A stretch of DNA of 20,000 nt from Proteromonas lacertae (Eukaryota), in the NCBI GenBank assembly GCA_002245135.1, contig NGBS01000035.1, forward strand, positions 51,239 through 71,238, in the 5' to 3' direction. Under the pieces are notes generated by a model that worked only from the letters and a program-made list of their open reading frames with translations, was not told the origin of the DNA and searched no databases. The stretch's first letter is position 1. Each line of letters opens with the position of its first letter. Below are positions 1 through 12,725 of the stretch, in pieces. The translations under genes and the position numbers were made by a program.

Positions 1-1969
1 TCAAAAAATCAAAGAAAAAATGATGTATCATTAATGTTTCTTTCACATACTCTTTAAGTAATGGAGTCATCAGTATTTGAGCATAAATATTATATAAATA
101 CTATTAAAAAAAGAAATGATAAAATGAGTGATATATATATATTATACTCTTGATTTACTATTTAATGATATAGAAACAGAAATTTTAAACTCTTTAGCTG
201 GAGGATATATCTTAAATAGATTATATGCTTCAATAAATGCTATAGATTTATCAGTTAGTGTAAGTAGAAAGGTATGAAGGTAATTAATATTAGTTGGTAA
301 TATTTCTATTGCTTTTTCAAGTTGTTCCATATTCTCTTCATTCATTATATCTTCCATATCTTCGTCAAACACATCATATTTTAGAATTATTAATTTCTTA
401 AGTTTTATATTACCAAAGATATTGTTAAATAATGACAACCATTCTCTATATACATCAATTCTCATTTCTAATAGTTTTGATAAGTTAATTGTTTCATCGA
501 TAAATGATTCTTTAAATTTATCATAATTATTACTTACATACACAACATTATTAATATAATGTTCAATAGAAAATGAACAAGAAAATGGGAATAGATATGT
601 ATTATTAACCAATGAAATTAAAGATTGAGTTTGAAGATCTGAGTTACATAGAATCATATATGGTTTCTATATATCAACAAATATTATCATTTGTATAAAA
701 AATACTTTAAAATATGTATATAATTGAATATCTTCAATATTTACAACTGGAAATGGAATTAATCCCATATCAACAATGGAATATATATTCAACAATTTTT
801 CAACATCTACTTATATAATACATTGTAATAATGAATATAAAATATACTATTTTCAGTTGAATATTTAATTTGCTTTTTAATTGATTGGTTAATTCTACTA
901 ATATGAGAATCTATATAATCTATTGTCCCAGCATTACTATTTAATATAAATAAAATATAAATAAAATACTCCACAATAATAATCATTTTACTTTCTTTTA
1001 CTTTATCCAAAATACCACAAATCACATCAAACATCTCTTCCATTATTATATTATTCTGCAGATTCAATAAATATAAAAATGTGTTATTAGCAATATTATA
1101 TTTGGATTTTGTAATATTTTCATAATTAAACATTATTTTTGGCAATAAATACATTTGTGATGAGAAATACATCAGTTGAAATTCTTTCATTCTATTTATA
1201 TTCATTTTCTTATTTTCTATCATTGTTGTATCAACTGCAATAATATAATCTATTGATTTCATATAAACTATATTTCTTGGATTAAACAATATCTGAATTG
1301 GACTAAATCTTCCTTGAAATAATATGTATAAGTCCAAACTTGATTCTATATCAAACACTATTATTAAATCCAATTGTTCATTGGTGATTTGATTCTGTGT
1401 GATTTCAAGGTTTTCTGTTTCTATTTTAACACAAAAATCACTTGATTCTAAAGAATAACACTTTAAATTATATCTTTTATCTTCGATAAAATCCATTAAA
1501 CTCTAATGATTAAAAATTCATAATATACTTCGATATGTATAAAATTAATATCAAGTAACTTAGTATTTGGTACAAATAAACCAATACTATACACAGATTT
1601 AGCTACAAATGGTTCTAATTGCATAAATGGTGAAGTATATTCAATTTGAGGTAGAATGTTGATTAAAATGTCATTTAACAATGAATATGTCTCATAATTC
1701 AATAATCTTGCTTTATTAAGATAGGAAAAACATATGTTAATAAAATCAATAAACGTATCATTTACTGTGCTTATTTTGGATTTATAATATTTTTCTTCCA
1801 ACATAATTGCTAATTTTGATTTTTCTATTTCGAGAGTCTTAAACGAAACAGGATATGTCTCATAACAATTCCATATACTATAATAACTGCATTGACACAT
1901 GCAAAATAACAGCTATGACGTTTTAGATATACTATTATATACTAATAAAGGCAGGAAACGGAGTAACAT
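1..1969 (-). CDS. Hypothetical secreted/surface protein with N-terminal signal peptide; 3' end runs off the window. Joins ORFs 1496-1900, 807-1496 and 142-657
   Basis: ATG at 1969 and a 30-nt GT-AG intron (1913-1942) give MLLRFLPLLLLFCMCQCSYY (signal-peptide-like). Two 1-nt frame breaks (~1497, ~811), a 39-nt GT-AG intron near 667-705 and an intron at 101-147 join the pieces, and the frame stays open to the window edge. No recognisable domain. Confidence 0.6.
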
Positions 1970-2035
1970 TGTTATTTATGTTCAAACCGATATTCAAGCT
2001 TAATATATAAAAAAAAGTAATAATCAACTAACAAT

Positions 2036-3753
2036 TTAAAAATGTTTAACATTATCATATTGTACTACTTTATCATCACCATATTTGCAATAAAAAATCA
2101 TTCCTAATATTGAGATCAAACCACAAACAGAAAATGACAAGAACCACTATAAACTTAAACAGAATATATATATACATTTGGATTTTCACCATTAATTAAA
2201 TAACCTGTAACAACTGGAGCAATAATACCAGTTATATTAATTAAAGAAAAAACATAGTGATAATCATTCAAATAAAAAGATATAAGTAGCAAAAGTCATA
2301 TTAGAACAAGCATAAATAATACCAGCAAACTTCGGACAAACATCCAACATATTGGGAATAAAACCACCATTCAAAATACCAGTAGCACCAATTGCAAAAG
2401 TAATACATAAAAAACAAATCCATTCATTATTCGATATACCTGCAATAATAACAAAAAATGTAAATAATAGCAATCCTAAACTATTACAAACAGTTCTCAC
2501 TGTTAATATTCTTGTATTATGAACAATGAAATAATCCGCTAAATTACCAGTAACTGAACTCATTATTGCTAATAGTAAATATGGAAAAAATGTAACTAAT
2601 CCAGCTTGTTGAGTTGAATAATTAAACTTCATTTTAAAATAAGTTGGTAAAAATGTTAATAAAGTATTCTCTCCATATCCATGTCCAAAATGTACTGCAT
2701 AAATTGCTAATATAGAAGGCGTAGTAATAAACATCTTCCAAGGAACAGATTGATTTAATATTTGTGATAAATCATGAGTGTTATGAACTAAAATCACTTT
2801 TTGAATAGATGAAGATGATAATGTTGATGGTGCTGAACTAGATGATGATTTTAATATCTTACTACCACTATTATTATTATCTTCAATATTTCTTTCTATT
2901 TCTTCTCTTTGTCCTTCTTCACTATCATCATCATAATCATCATCATCATTATTACCATCATTTTGAAATAACAATAATTCCTCTTTAGTAATAAATGGAT
3001 CTTCTTTAGGAGATGGATATATATATAAACACCATATTATATAATATATTACTCCTAAATAACCAAATGTATTGAATGTACCTCTCCATCCCCACGATGA
3101 ATTACAGATATAACCTGATAATGGCATTCCTATTGTACTTCCTAAAGTACCTCCTGCCCATATATATCCAACCATTTTACTACGATCGTGAATAGGTGCC
3201 CATATTGATAATAATGATTGGATTGCTGGGAAGGCTGCTCCTTCAAAAATACCTGTTAAAAATCTAACAATTAATCTATACACAAAATAAATTGAAAATA
3301 TTTATTATTTTATATACAATGCATGAAAATTTGATGCAATATGTGGAATAAACAGATTCAGTAAGGATGGAACAAAAATTGATAAACCAAACAAATGCCT
3401 AGAAGATTAAATTTCATTTATGTTGTTATACTTTCCTCCTATTTTCAATGACAACCAACCCGATGGAATTTGAAGAAATAAATATCCCCAGAAAAATGAT
3501 GATAATAAGATTCCTTTCTGCTTCTCTAATATAATTAGCTCACAAAATCAATACCTTCCCAGTGAAATTCATCTTTCATTGGAATAATGGATATAGAGAG
3601 GTTCACTCTGAGAAACATAGTCTATATTATTGAATAATCAATCTTTTATACAATATATAATCCTAAATGACAAAATGTGACAAGCATATAACGTCTGGGA
3701 ATGTTTATCATTTTGTTTCTTATGCTGGTATAAAAGAATTTTGGAGAAAACAT
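2036..3753 (-). CDS. SLC17/anion:cation symporter (sialin/PHT4-like) MFS transporter
   Basis: Spliced translation has RVNLSISIIPM, QKGILLSSFFWGYLFLQIPSGWL, RFLTGIFEGAAFP, WAPIHDRS, LLTFLPTY, DVCPKFAGIIYACSN and GIIAPVVTGYL, all typical of SLC17/ACS. Five GT-AG introns plus one AT-AA intron. Stop TAA at 2036-2038. Confidence 0.9.
2232..2283 (-). other. U12-type-like intron with AT-AA termini (52 nt) in the SLC17 gene
   Basis: 5' end ATATCTTTTT, branch-like TTTCTTTAAT about 8 nt from the end, 3' end TATAA. Removal restores SNMTFATSGIIAP, matching SLC17 SNTFATIPGIISP in length. Retention hits a TGA. Confidence 0.8.
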
Positions 3754-3816
3754 AAATCCTCAAGCTAATCAGCTTGAAGAATTTTTGAAACACCCTTTTC
3801 AAAATAAAATCTTTCA
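3754..3816. promoter_or_regulatory. 63-bp divergent (bidirectional) promoter between SLC17 and VAC14, with two inverted repeats
   Basis: Head-to-head ATGs at 3753(-) and 3817(+). Contains TCAAGCT-aatc-AGCTTGA (3760-3777) and TTTTGAAA...TTTCAAAA (3783-3804). Confidence 0.65.
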
Positions 3817-6144
3817 ATGTCTGTAACAGCTACAGCTTCACCATTACTTGTATTAGTTAAGAAAATCTAGGTGATCGTACTTTTGAGAAAAGAAAGGTTG
3901 CAGTTGATGAATTGACTGAAACAATCAAAAAATTGGTTGTATGCTATATTCAATTATTGTATCGTAGATACAAAAGCAAAGTGCAGAAATAGAAGCAATA
4001 ATAGAATGTATAAATACAGATTTTATAAAATCTGCAAACAGTAATGCTAGAAAAGGTGGAATACTAGCATTAGCTGGTATAGCTGTTGGTTTATCAGATA
4101 ATATAAAACCGTATTTAGATAATTTAATAACACCAGTAATACACACAGTTGAAGATCCAGACCCTCGTGTTCGTTATTATGCATGTGAATCACTTTATAA
4201 TATCATCCGAATAACTGGTCACGAGTCTTTGGAATATTTCAATAATTTATTTGATTGTTTGTGTAGATTATTCCCAGATATTGATATGGATGTAAAGAAT
4301 ATATCATTTTATATAGAAATTTGAATTTTATTTACATTTTACCTTAATATATCATAAGGATCACGAGTATTAGATGAATTATTGAAACAGTATGTAACTC
4401 AATATGATAACTTCAATATCCAATCATTTATACCACTTCTCAATAAATATTACTCAATGGGAAATGCATATGTAAGAAGACTACTACTATCTTGGATTAA
4501 AGTATTTTATTAAAACGACTATATTTTTATTAATTTTTAGATTTTTGATTCTATTCCATCAATTGACATGACTGATTATTTACCTGAGTATTTAGGTGGG
4601 ATATTGGATATGTTGGATGATTCGCATATAGAAATAAGACAGGAAGCTGATAGTATTTTAAATGACTTGTTAGATCAATTGAAAACAACAAATGTGAAAG
4701 AGATTGAATATAATAATATTGTATAAATATATATAATTGTTTATTTTTATGTATAGTTGAGAATAGTTGTAAATCATTGTGTTGCTAATGACAAATTCAT
4801 TCGATCAACTGCTTTACACTGGTTAAATGAATTATTGAATTTAGGGAAAGAGATATTATTATCAGATACATATTTAATATTAGACACATTATTTCAAAGG
4901 ATGAATGATGTTGATGAAATAAGTAATTTGTCATTGGAAACACATCAAATGTTATTAAATATAGTATAGAATATATATATATTTATATTTATCACTTCTT
5001 TTATTATTATTATTATTATTATTATTAGATTAATAATACTGAAATGTCACTCGATTATGGTCCAATCATTGATCGTTTAATAGCTGAATTAGCAAATACA
5101 GTAATCCCTTCCAGAATCGCTTCACTTCAGACATTATCAATTTTATTAATACGAAAGACAATTAATCCTATTGAATATTTAAACCAAATTGTTCCTCCTT
5201 TATTAAAAACATTGAGTGATGAAGACGATCAAGTGATTATGAAAGATTTAGATGTATTAATTATTATAGCAAAGATAAATGACCAATTAGAGCCAATACT
5301 GATGAATGTGCTAAATGTATAATAATTATGATATAGTTATTGTTTGTATAGTTATTTGAAACGGATAGAAATTTATTGAAAATAAGAGGTCCGTTGATTA
5401 TTAGAACATTTTCATTACATTTAAATTCAATTACTGTTTATAAAACATTATCAAGAATTTTATTAGTATGTTCATTTTGTTTTTTATAAAATAGAAATTT
5501 ACTGATTTAAATTTTGTAGATCATATGATTCATTCATTAAATATAATAATGATGACTGCACCAGAATTACACTTGATTAGAGATGCTTTAAAAATAACAA
5601 CAACAACAACAGAAACAACAACAAGCGATAAAATCAAATGAAGATATATTCTGGAATATATACTCAACTTGGTGCTATAATCCTATCTCATTATTTTCAC
5701 TTTGTATTTTATCACAAAAATATTATTTATCTTATAATCTAATACAATATTATGGTAATATTGAACCAAATATCAACTTCTTACTTCAAATTGATAGATT
5801 TATTCAACTTCTAGAATCTCCTATATTTGTACATGTAAGGTTATCTTTGTTGAATGAAAGTAGTAATAATTTTCAATATTTAATTAAATCACTATACGGT
5901 TTGTTGATGATTTTACCTCAGAGTAATACCTATCATACATTGAAAGAAAGATTGCAATGTATTACTACAATGCATTTGTCATTAGGAAGTGCAAATCATA
6001 TGTATATATTACATATAATGTTATTTATAATGTAGTGTTCCATATGAAGAAGATATATCGAAATATATTAATCACTTCAATGAAGTTCAGAAATTGCTGA
6101 AAGAATGGAGAGTAACACATCCAGATAATCCATTACCTAAATAA
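3817..6144 (+). CDS. VAC14: VAC14, HEAT-repeat scaffold of the PIKfyve/Fab1-FIG4 PI(3,5)P2 complex
   Basis: Spliced translation has NLGDRTFEKRK, NARKGGILALAG, DPRVRYYACESLYNI, DVKNGSRVLDELLK, WCYNPISLFSLCIL, LLQIDRFIQLLESPIF and LYGLLMILPQS. Seven GT-AG introns, one AT-AA intron and two 1-nt frame breaks (~3863, ~5632). Confidence 0.95.
4301..4357 (+). other. U12-type-like intron with AT-AA termini (57 nt) in VAC14
   Basis: 5' end ATATCATTTT, branch-like TTACCTTAAT (4339-4348), 3' end CATAA. Removal joins DVKN|GSRVLD in frame. Retention gives an in-frame TGA, and the nearby GT(4292)-AG(4358) pair is out of frame. Confidence 0.85.
5596..5623 (+). repeat. (ACA)n coding microsatellite encoding a poly-Thr linker in VAC14
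   Basis: aacaacaacaacaacagaaacaacaaca read directly. Confidence 0.8.
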
Positions 6145-6232
6145 TTTATGTTTATTTCTCTGTTTTGTTTTTTTAGTATGAAAGGATATAAAAAATTCAA
6201 ACTTGTTTGCTTCATTTTAATTTTGCATTTTG

Positions 6233-7727
6233 ATGAATTCTGAAGATTTGGATTTATTAAAAGATAATAAAGTAACTCTAAACAATGATACTACTCCTAG
6301 TGTAGATAAAAAGGATGAAAATTCTAATGAAACAAAGGAGGTTTCAAATGATACAAATGAAGTGAATGAATTTCTAGAAAAGAATGATGAATGCAAATTA
6401 TGCCTTATGGGGTTAAATAAATGGGGCAAATAAAAATGATATAGTTAAGTTTCTCGAATATAAGGAAATTACTTACAAGTATTTCTTATAAATATTATAA
6501 TAATGTAATAGAAGTGTATCAAAAGTTAAAGGGCAAATCATTTGGGTTTGTATCGTTTAACACAATAGAAGAAAGAGATGAAATGAGACCTAAACTAACA
6601 GGAGAGATAAAAGGAAGTACATTTACAGTAAAAGATGCAATAGCTAGAGATTATACAAAACGAGAAAAGAAAAGAAAATACAAATCAGGAGAAGAAATGA
6701 AGAAGAAGAAAAACAAACAAAAAAACGAAAAACAGATGAAAATGATGAAGAATCACCAGAAGCTATAGAAACTACAGAATCAGACAATATTTTGGATGTA
6801 GCAACACCATTACATAATCTTAAATATGAAGATCAATTAGTTAAAAAGTCAGAATTGCTTGAGAAATCATTAATTAGAATAACAAGAAGATTAAGAGGGA
6901 AAATGACTAAAATTGTTGATAAACAAGGAATTCCTAAAACGTATAGTTATTATTATTAATGTTATTTGTATAAATAGTACTTCTAGTAGAATTGTTACAG
7001 TTATAAAAGATGGTAAAACTGAAGAAAAAGAAAAAATAATAGATAATAGATTACCAAGTTATTTATTCAGAGATAAGTATATATATTAACAATTTATTAT
7101 ATTTTATTTTAGTGGTTTAATATGTGAATTTGATTCAATTATTCCATCTATAAAAATAGAAGGTTATAGAAATAAATGTGATTTTACAATTGGTCATAAT
7201 AAAAAAGATGAAATTAGTGTAGGATTTAGGTATAGTGGCTTTACAAAAGGATCAATAAAAGTAGGTGAAGTTGAGTATAACTTTATATAAATATATTATA
7301 TTATATAGTGAATGTTTAAATGTTCCAACTATAATGAAACAATTTATTTCTTCGTTTATAACTTATTTAAGAAATCAACAAAACACTTCAAAATTAATTG
7401 TTTATGATGTTATAAACCATACAGGTAATTGGAGATCTATAATGTGTAGATACAGTGAAAGAAATAAATCAATGTTAATATTGTTAAGAATATCCATTCA
7501 AGAAAATGAAAAAGAAATATGGGAAAATGAAAAGAAAGAATTAGTTGAATGGTATAATTCAATAAAAACACAATATCAAATTATTTCATTTTATATTCAA
7601 ATTTACAATGGTGTAAGTAATCCCAACCCTGGTGATCCAATGGAATTAATTGATGGAAATGAATATATTGTTGAAAAATTATTGAATATTCAATTTAGAA
7701 TATCTCCAGATTCTTTTTTTCAAGTAT

Positions 7728-7759
<32 letters not shown>

Positions 7760-8334
7760 TTTATATATAAAATAGACAATACTGAAACAGCTGAATTACT
7801 ATATTCAAAGATAATAGATTATTGTCAATTAACTTCAAATGATATTGTTCTTGATTTATGTTGTGGAACAGGAGGAATTGGTATGTGTTTATCTAACAAA
7901 GTAAAGAAAGTAATTGGAATAGAAATGTGTAAATCTGCAGTAGAAGATGCAATTAATAATGCAAAAATAAATAATATAAATAATTGTTTTTATATGTGTA
8001 GTAAAGTAGAAAATGTTATTACAGATCTTTTGACATTTAAAACAGAATATGTAAGTAAAGAAGAAAGTAAAAATCTTGTTTCTATTGTTGATCCTCCAAG
8101 ATGTGGATTACATCAGAACGTTATTAAATGCTTAAGAAAATGTCCAACAATAAAGAAATTAATATATGTTAGTTGTAATCCAACAGATTCTCTTTGAATG
8201 ATTTAGAAAGTTTATGTATGTTGGAAGATAAGAATAATAAAGGAAAGCCTTATTACCCTGTTAAATGTATTGGAGTTGATTTATTTCCACATACTGACCA
8301 TTGTGAAATGATAATGTTGTTTAATAGAACTTAA
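6233..8334 (+). CDS. TRMT2A: tRNA (uracil-54-C5)-methyltransferase TRM2/TRMT2A with N-terminal RRM
   Basis: RNP1-like KSFGFVSF, ATPLHNLKYEDQL, GYRNKCDFTIG, ISPDSFFQ, SAM-binding LDLCCGTGGIG, IVDPPRCGLH, catalytic YVSCNP and VDLFPHTDHCE. Five GT-AG introns and about five 1-nt frame breaks at homopolymers. Confidence 0.9.
7728..7752 (+). repeat. (TA)n microsatellite inside TRMT2A intron 7724-7775
   Basis: tatatata... run read directly. It explains the YIYIYIY stretch in the ORF track. Confidence 0.85.
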
Positions 8335-8421
8335 TATGTTTGATTGTATTATCTATTTTTTGTGTGATTGTTAGATATATACATGATTCTATAATCATAA
8401 ATAAGATGTAAATTATATTAA

Positions 8422-9086
8422 TTATTTCAATTCGTTTGATTGAAGAGGTGGAGGAGATACGATATACTGAGGAGTATAGTTTGGATTTAGTGGAGATGGA
8501 AATACTATTTTTAATATATTAATAACATATATATACAATTACTTGATCTTCTTTTAGTATCATCTGTTAATAATTCATTTATTCTTGATTTTATTGGTGG
8601 AGATATATAACGAGATTGGAGAGTTGAAGATGGAGTAGAATTGGTTGATTTAGTTGTTTTGTTTAATAATGTTGTTAATGAAACAACTTTTTCTAGATTT
8701 GATTTTGCCATTTCTGAATATGCTTGGATTTGACCTAAAATTACGCTATCTAGATTGCTATTATTTGACATTCTTACAACATCAGAATAAATCATGTTTA
8801 TATATTCCAAACACAACTCTGATTTTGCTCTTAAATCATCTTCTGAATCATTTAAAGTTGTTGAATTTCTTTCTAAAGGATTAGATTTTGGAACAGTAGA
8901 TGATATTGTAGGTTGAATGTATTTATATTGATTTACTGAAGTTTGTGGAACTAGTGGTACACTTATATCAGGTATTTCTATTGATATCTCTTCAGATTTG
9001 ACACTTTGTGGTGATATTGTAGTTTTTATTGCATCTTCTAATAAATTATGTAGTGTTTTAGAAATATTATTGTTACTATCACTCAT
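8422..9086 (-). CDS. Hypothetical Ser/Pro/Thr-rich protein with a central helical or coiled-coil segment
   Basis: 191-aa ORF. A GT-AG intron (~8505-8536) adds the final exon LFPSPLNPNYTPQYIVSPPPLQSNELK*. A short upstream exon from ATG 9146 is possible but out of phase as assembled. Confidence 0.7.
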
Positions 9087-9183
9087 TAATAACTTCTATT
9101 TTTTAAAAAATACAATTGACTATAAACATTTGTTAATTGTAGACATTTATTTTTCTGTAGTTTTGCTAATCTAACCATAGGAA

Positions 9184-10396
9184 ATGGAAGACTCTGTTTC
9201 CAGTGATTTAGATTATCAAGAAGATGCCATTAAGCCTAAAAAAGTATTGTTTCTATCAATAATTGAATAGATTCCAGGTCACATCAGAGCTACCAAATCC
9301 ATAGATAAGTTCACTAGACACTATATAAAAGAGCTACCATATTACATTTATAATTTAATCAATAAATTAAATAGTATAATATTTACTTACATTCTGTAAT
9401 AGTAACTAATGACGATGTTTATAATTGTTATATCTGTTATAAAAGCATGTGTGGAATATTCAAGAAAGTAATAACTCACAAAACATTCATTAATCACTTC
9501 CAATTAGCTAAATGTCCATATATAGAGTTACTTTTTTCTTTTATGGATATAAATAAGAGTGGTAAGATCGAATGGCCTGAATTTTTATTAACTGTTATCT
9601 ATTTATGTATGATGAAAGAAAAAGATATGATAGAGTGTATATATATATATATATTATGTTGCTTATTATTATTAATTATGAATAGTATTATTTTTATTAT
9701 TTGATTATGATTTTGACATGATATTAAATGATGATCAGTATAATTATATCTGTTTGTTATTTAACGAATATCATATCCAATTACCAACGAATTATGAATT
9801 AAAGAAACGATATTGTTGTAGTAGTAATGGTTTAATATGTTCAGAATCTTTACAATTATCATATTTTTCATTTAGTGTATATTGTCAGGAGGATAGTAGA
9901 ATAAGTGATGGTTTAACAAATGTAGTAAAAATATTGAGAAATGAAACTTTATGTATTTATTTAAATATTATTACTTATTATTCATAGCTGAAGATAAATG
10001 GTGGGATATGATAAATCAAAATGATATTAAAAAGAAACCAATTAATTTTCATAAATATTTATTTAAGCATTTTAATACAATAAGTTGTGGAACAGATGAA
10101 GCTACAATTCAAACATCTTTAGAAATCTTATTTGAATGTTGTAATCCACCAACTTAGTATATTTTACATATTTATTTATTTATTTATTTATACAATATAG
10201 TCATGATTATGACAGTCAAAATGATTTTTATTATCGTTATTTATATCGTGAAAAATGTTTGACTGGAAATGAAATGAAAATAGGTGAACAACAACATTCT
10301 TTGTTAGTTCCAATTGGTAAATTAGTTCAAACAAATGATGATGATGATAAAGAAGGAATAGCGTTAGTAATACCTGATAATTACTCTCATAGGTAG
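9184..10396 (+). CDS. EF-hand calcium-binding protein (calcineurin-B/NCS-like arrangement, divergent)
   Basis: Five GT-AG introns splice in frame. Canonical EF loop DINKSGKIEWPEF, then a degenerate loop DYDFDMILNDDQY. Stop TAG at 10394-10396. Confidence 0.75.
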
Positions 10397-10613
10397 ATAG
10401 AATATATATATATATAATTAATAATTAATAATTAATAAAAATTATTCTATTTTTATTTGATTTAATTGTGATTACATACTTTAATTATATGTATATAAAT
10501 ATACCATTTTTGTGAAGTTGACATGAATTTTAATAATGTGGTGTGTGAAAATATTTTCATTTCCCATGAATTAAAAAAAACTTTTAAATATCAATATATC
10601 ATATTATCTAACT

Positions 10614-12725
10614 TTATTGATGAGAAACTGATAATAATTCAAATGAAGTGTTTTGACCATATATTGCAGCATATGAATATAATGGAGAAGGTAAATCTTT
10701 AACAAGTAAAACAGGAGATGAATTATTATGACTTATCCAAAATTCTCTTTTATTAATATCAACAATCATTTCATAAATTGAACCATCTCCACAATTATTG
10801 AAATTTGGATTTTCAGTAACAACTCTTCCAATATGACAATATGGAGTAATATCTATACTTTCACCATCACTTGCATAATAATTACATGTTGTTGATTGAA
10901 TATAAATATCATAACCACAATAAGTATTATCAGTTGATAATCCTAACATCATATCATCATTACCACATCTATTTTGATGAAATTTATATTTGATATGATA
11001 AACTTCATCTTCCATTTTCAAATTTAAATAACAATGATTATAACCAAAACATTCATCTGTATTTGTTATTATTTTCCCACTATTAGATATTGATATTCCA
11101 TAACTTTTGTTTAATTCTGTGAATTTAATCTGAAATTCTAATGATATCTGGAATTTCTTTTCATTTAGAATATTCTTACAACTTATTTTATATTCTCTCT
11201 TTTCTATTTCTTTATCAACTTTTCCATGTATTATTCCATTTTTTCTATCTATCATCATTCCATCTGGCAATGAAGGATTTATTGAAAATACACATTTATC
11301 TCCATCAAATGAAGGAATTATTGACATTTCTTCATTTAATCCAAATGAATATTCTGAGTGAGGATATGAAAATGATGTGATTTCTTTCATTAATAATTCT
11401 TCTATTAATTCTTTATTCACTATTATTTTTATCATTTCTTCTTCTTCTTTTTCACTTAATCTCATTTCTTGAATGTATTGGATTAATAATTCTTTAGATT
11501 TGGAGTTTAAATAATCTTCATTTAATATTCTATAAAGAATCTCTTTTCCACATAACCCTTCAATTATTGTTATATTCTTCTTATTATCTATAAACAAACA
11601 AAAGCATTTTAATGTTCGATTTCCACCTCTTTGATTATATTCATATATTAACTTAGACAACAACCTATTCTTAATTGCATTTGGTATTAGTTCCTTCATT
11701 TTCATTTCCATCATTATATTTAACACAATATTAACTATTTTTATATCCTCATTAGATAATAGTTTTACCATTTCTTCTTTGATTTCTTCTTCATTCAACA
11801 TTTTTATCACATTTTCATTTATTTCTATTTCACTTTCTTCTTCTAAATAATATTCATTTATTATCTCCAATAATTCAACACTCTTTATTTCTTTCACTTT
11901 CACATTTATATGATCATTCATATAATCTTCTATTTCAACATTTATCTCTTTTAACACATTCTCATTCTCTTCTTCTATTTCTTCTTTCTTTATTTCAATC
12001 AAATGAACTTTGGTTTTTATTAATGATATAAATTCATTTAATTCTTCTTCATTTTCTTCACTTTCTTTCAATACACTTTTATACCATTTCAATAACCGAT
12101 TTAATAACCATGTTTCATCGATTATCATCAATTTCTTATTGTTTAAGATGAATTTTAATGATTTTAAATTCATTTTTAATAATAATTTATCTATTTATTA
12201 TAATTATCATTATTTATACCATCATTCAAATACTTAAAACCATTCTTACTTATATATTTTTCACTCATATCTCTTAACTCGTTCAATTGATTTATATTCA
12301 TACAATTTAACATTTCGAATATTTCTATCATCATTGAATCATTTAAATGAGTTTTTAAATATCTTTTACATATTCTCATTATTCGAATATCATTATAATA
12401 AATACTAAATCTCAATATATCACAAATGTTAGAATCAGTTAATTCCATACATCCACCACTGTAGTATTTTTCTATCTCTAAAAATGACTTTATTTCACAT
12501 TTTTCATACAACTCTAATACTCCACTCTGCTTTTCATCTAATAATAAATTCTTTAATGTATCATTCCCATTCATTAATATACTTTTCACACATACAATCT
12601 CTTCTCTTCCTACTTTTACTTTCATATCACCATAACCATTATTCACTAGTATTCGACTCAATCTACAAATCATATTATTTTCATTTATACCCATTATCAC
12701 CTATCTCATTGTCTATTACTTTCAT
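10614..12725 (-). CDS. BTB/POZ-BACK + putative Ig (He_PIG-like) + B30.2/SPRY-like protein, paralog 1
   Basis: ATG 12725 and two short GT-AG introns. GDMKVKVG..KSILM..EIEKYYSGGCMELTDSNICDIL (BTB-like), DETWLLNRLLKW (BACK-like), FSINPSLPDGMMIDRKNGIIHG (putative Ig), and GDGSIYEMIVDINKREFWIS..DLPSPLYSYAAIY (SPRY-like). Confidence 0.75.

Noticed and set aside
807..1900. Prokaryote-style operon with TAATG-coupled ORFs
   Set aside because: The surrounding genes are intron-containing eukaryotic genes, and a one-base correction fuses the ORFs behind a spliced signal-peptide exon.
4292..4358. Canonical GT-AG alternative for the VAC14 AT-AA intron
   Set aside because: Removing these 67 nt shifts the frame into a TAG and deletes the conserved VKN.
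3817..8334. Alternative genetic code (stop-codon reassignment)
   Set aside because: Internal stops disappear by splicing or by changing frame, not by read-through, and TAA/TAG end genes at the expected C-termini.
6233..8334. TRMT2A as a pseudogene
   Set aside because: All catalytic and SAM motifs and splice sites are intact, and every break is a 1-nt homopolymer indel like those in neighbouring genes. An artefact is more likely, though not proven.
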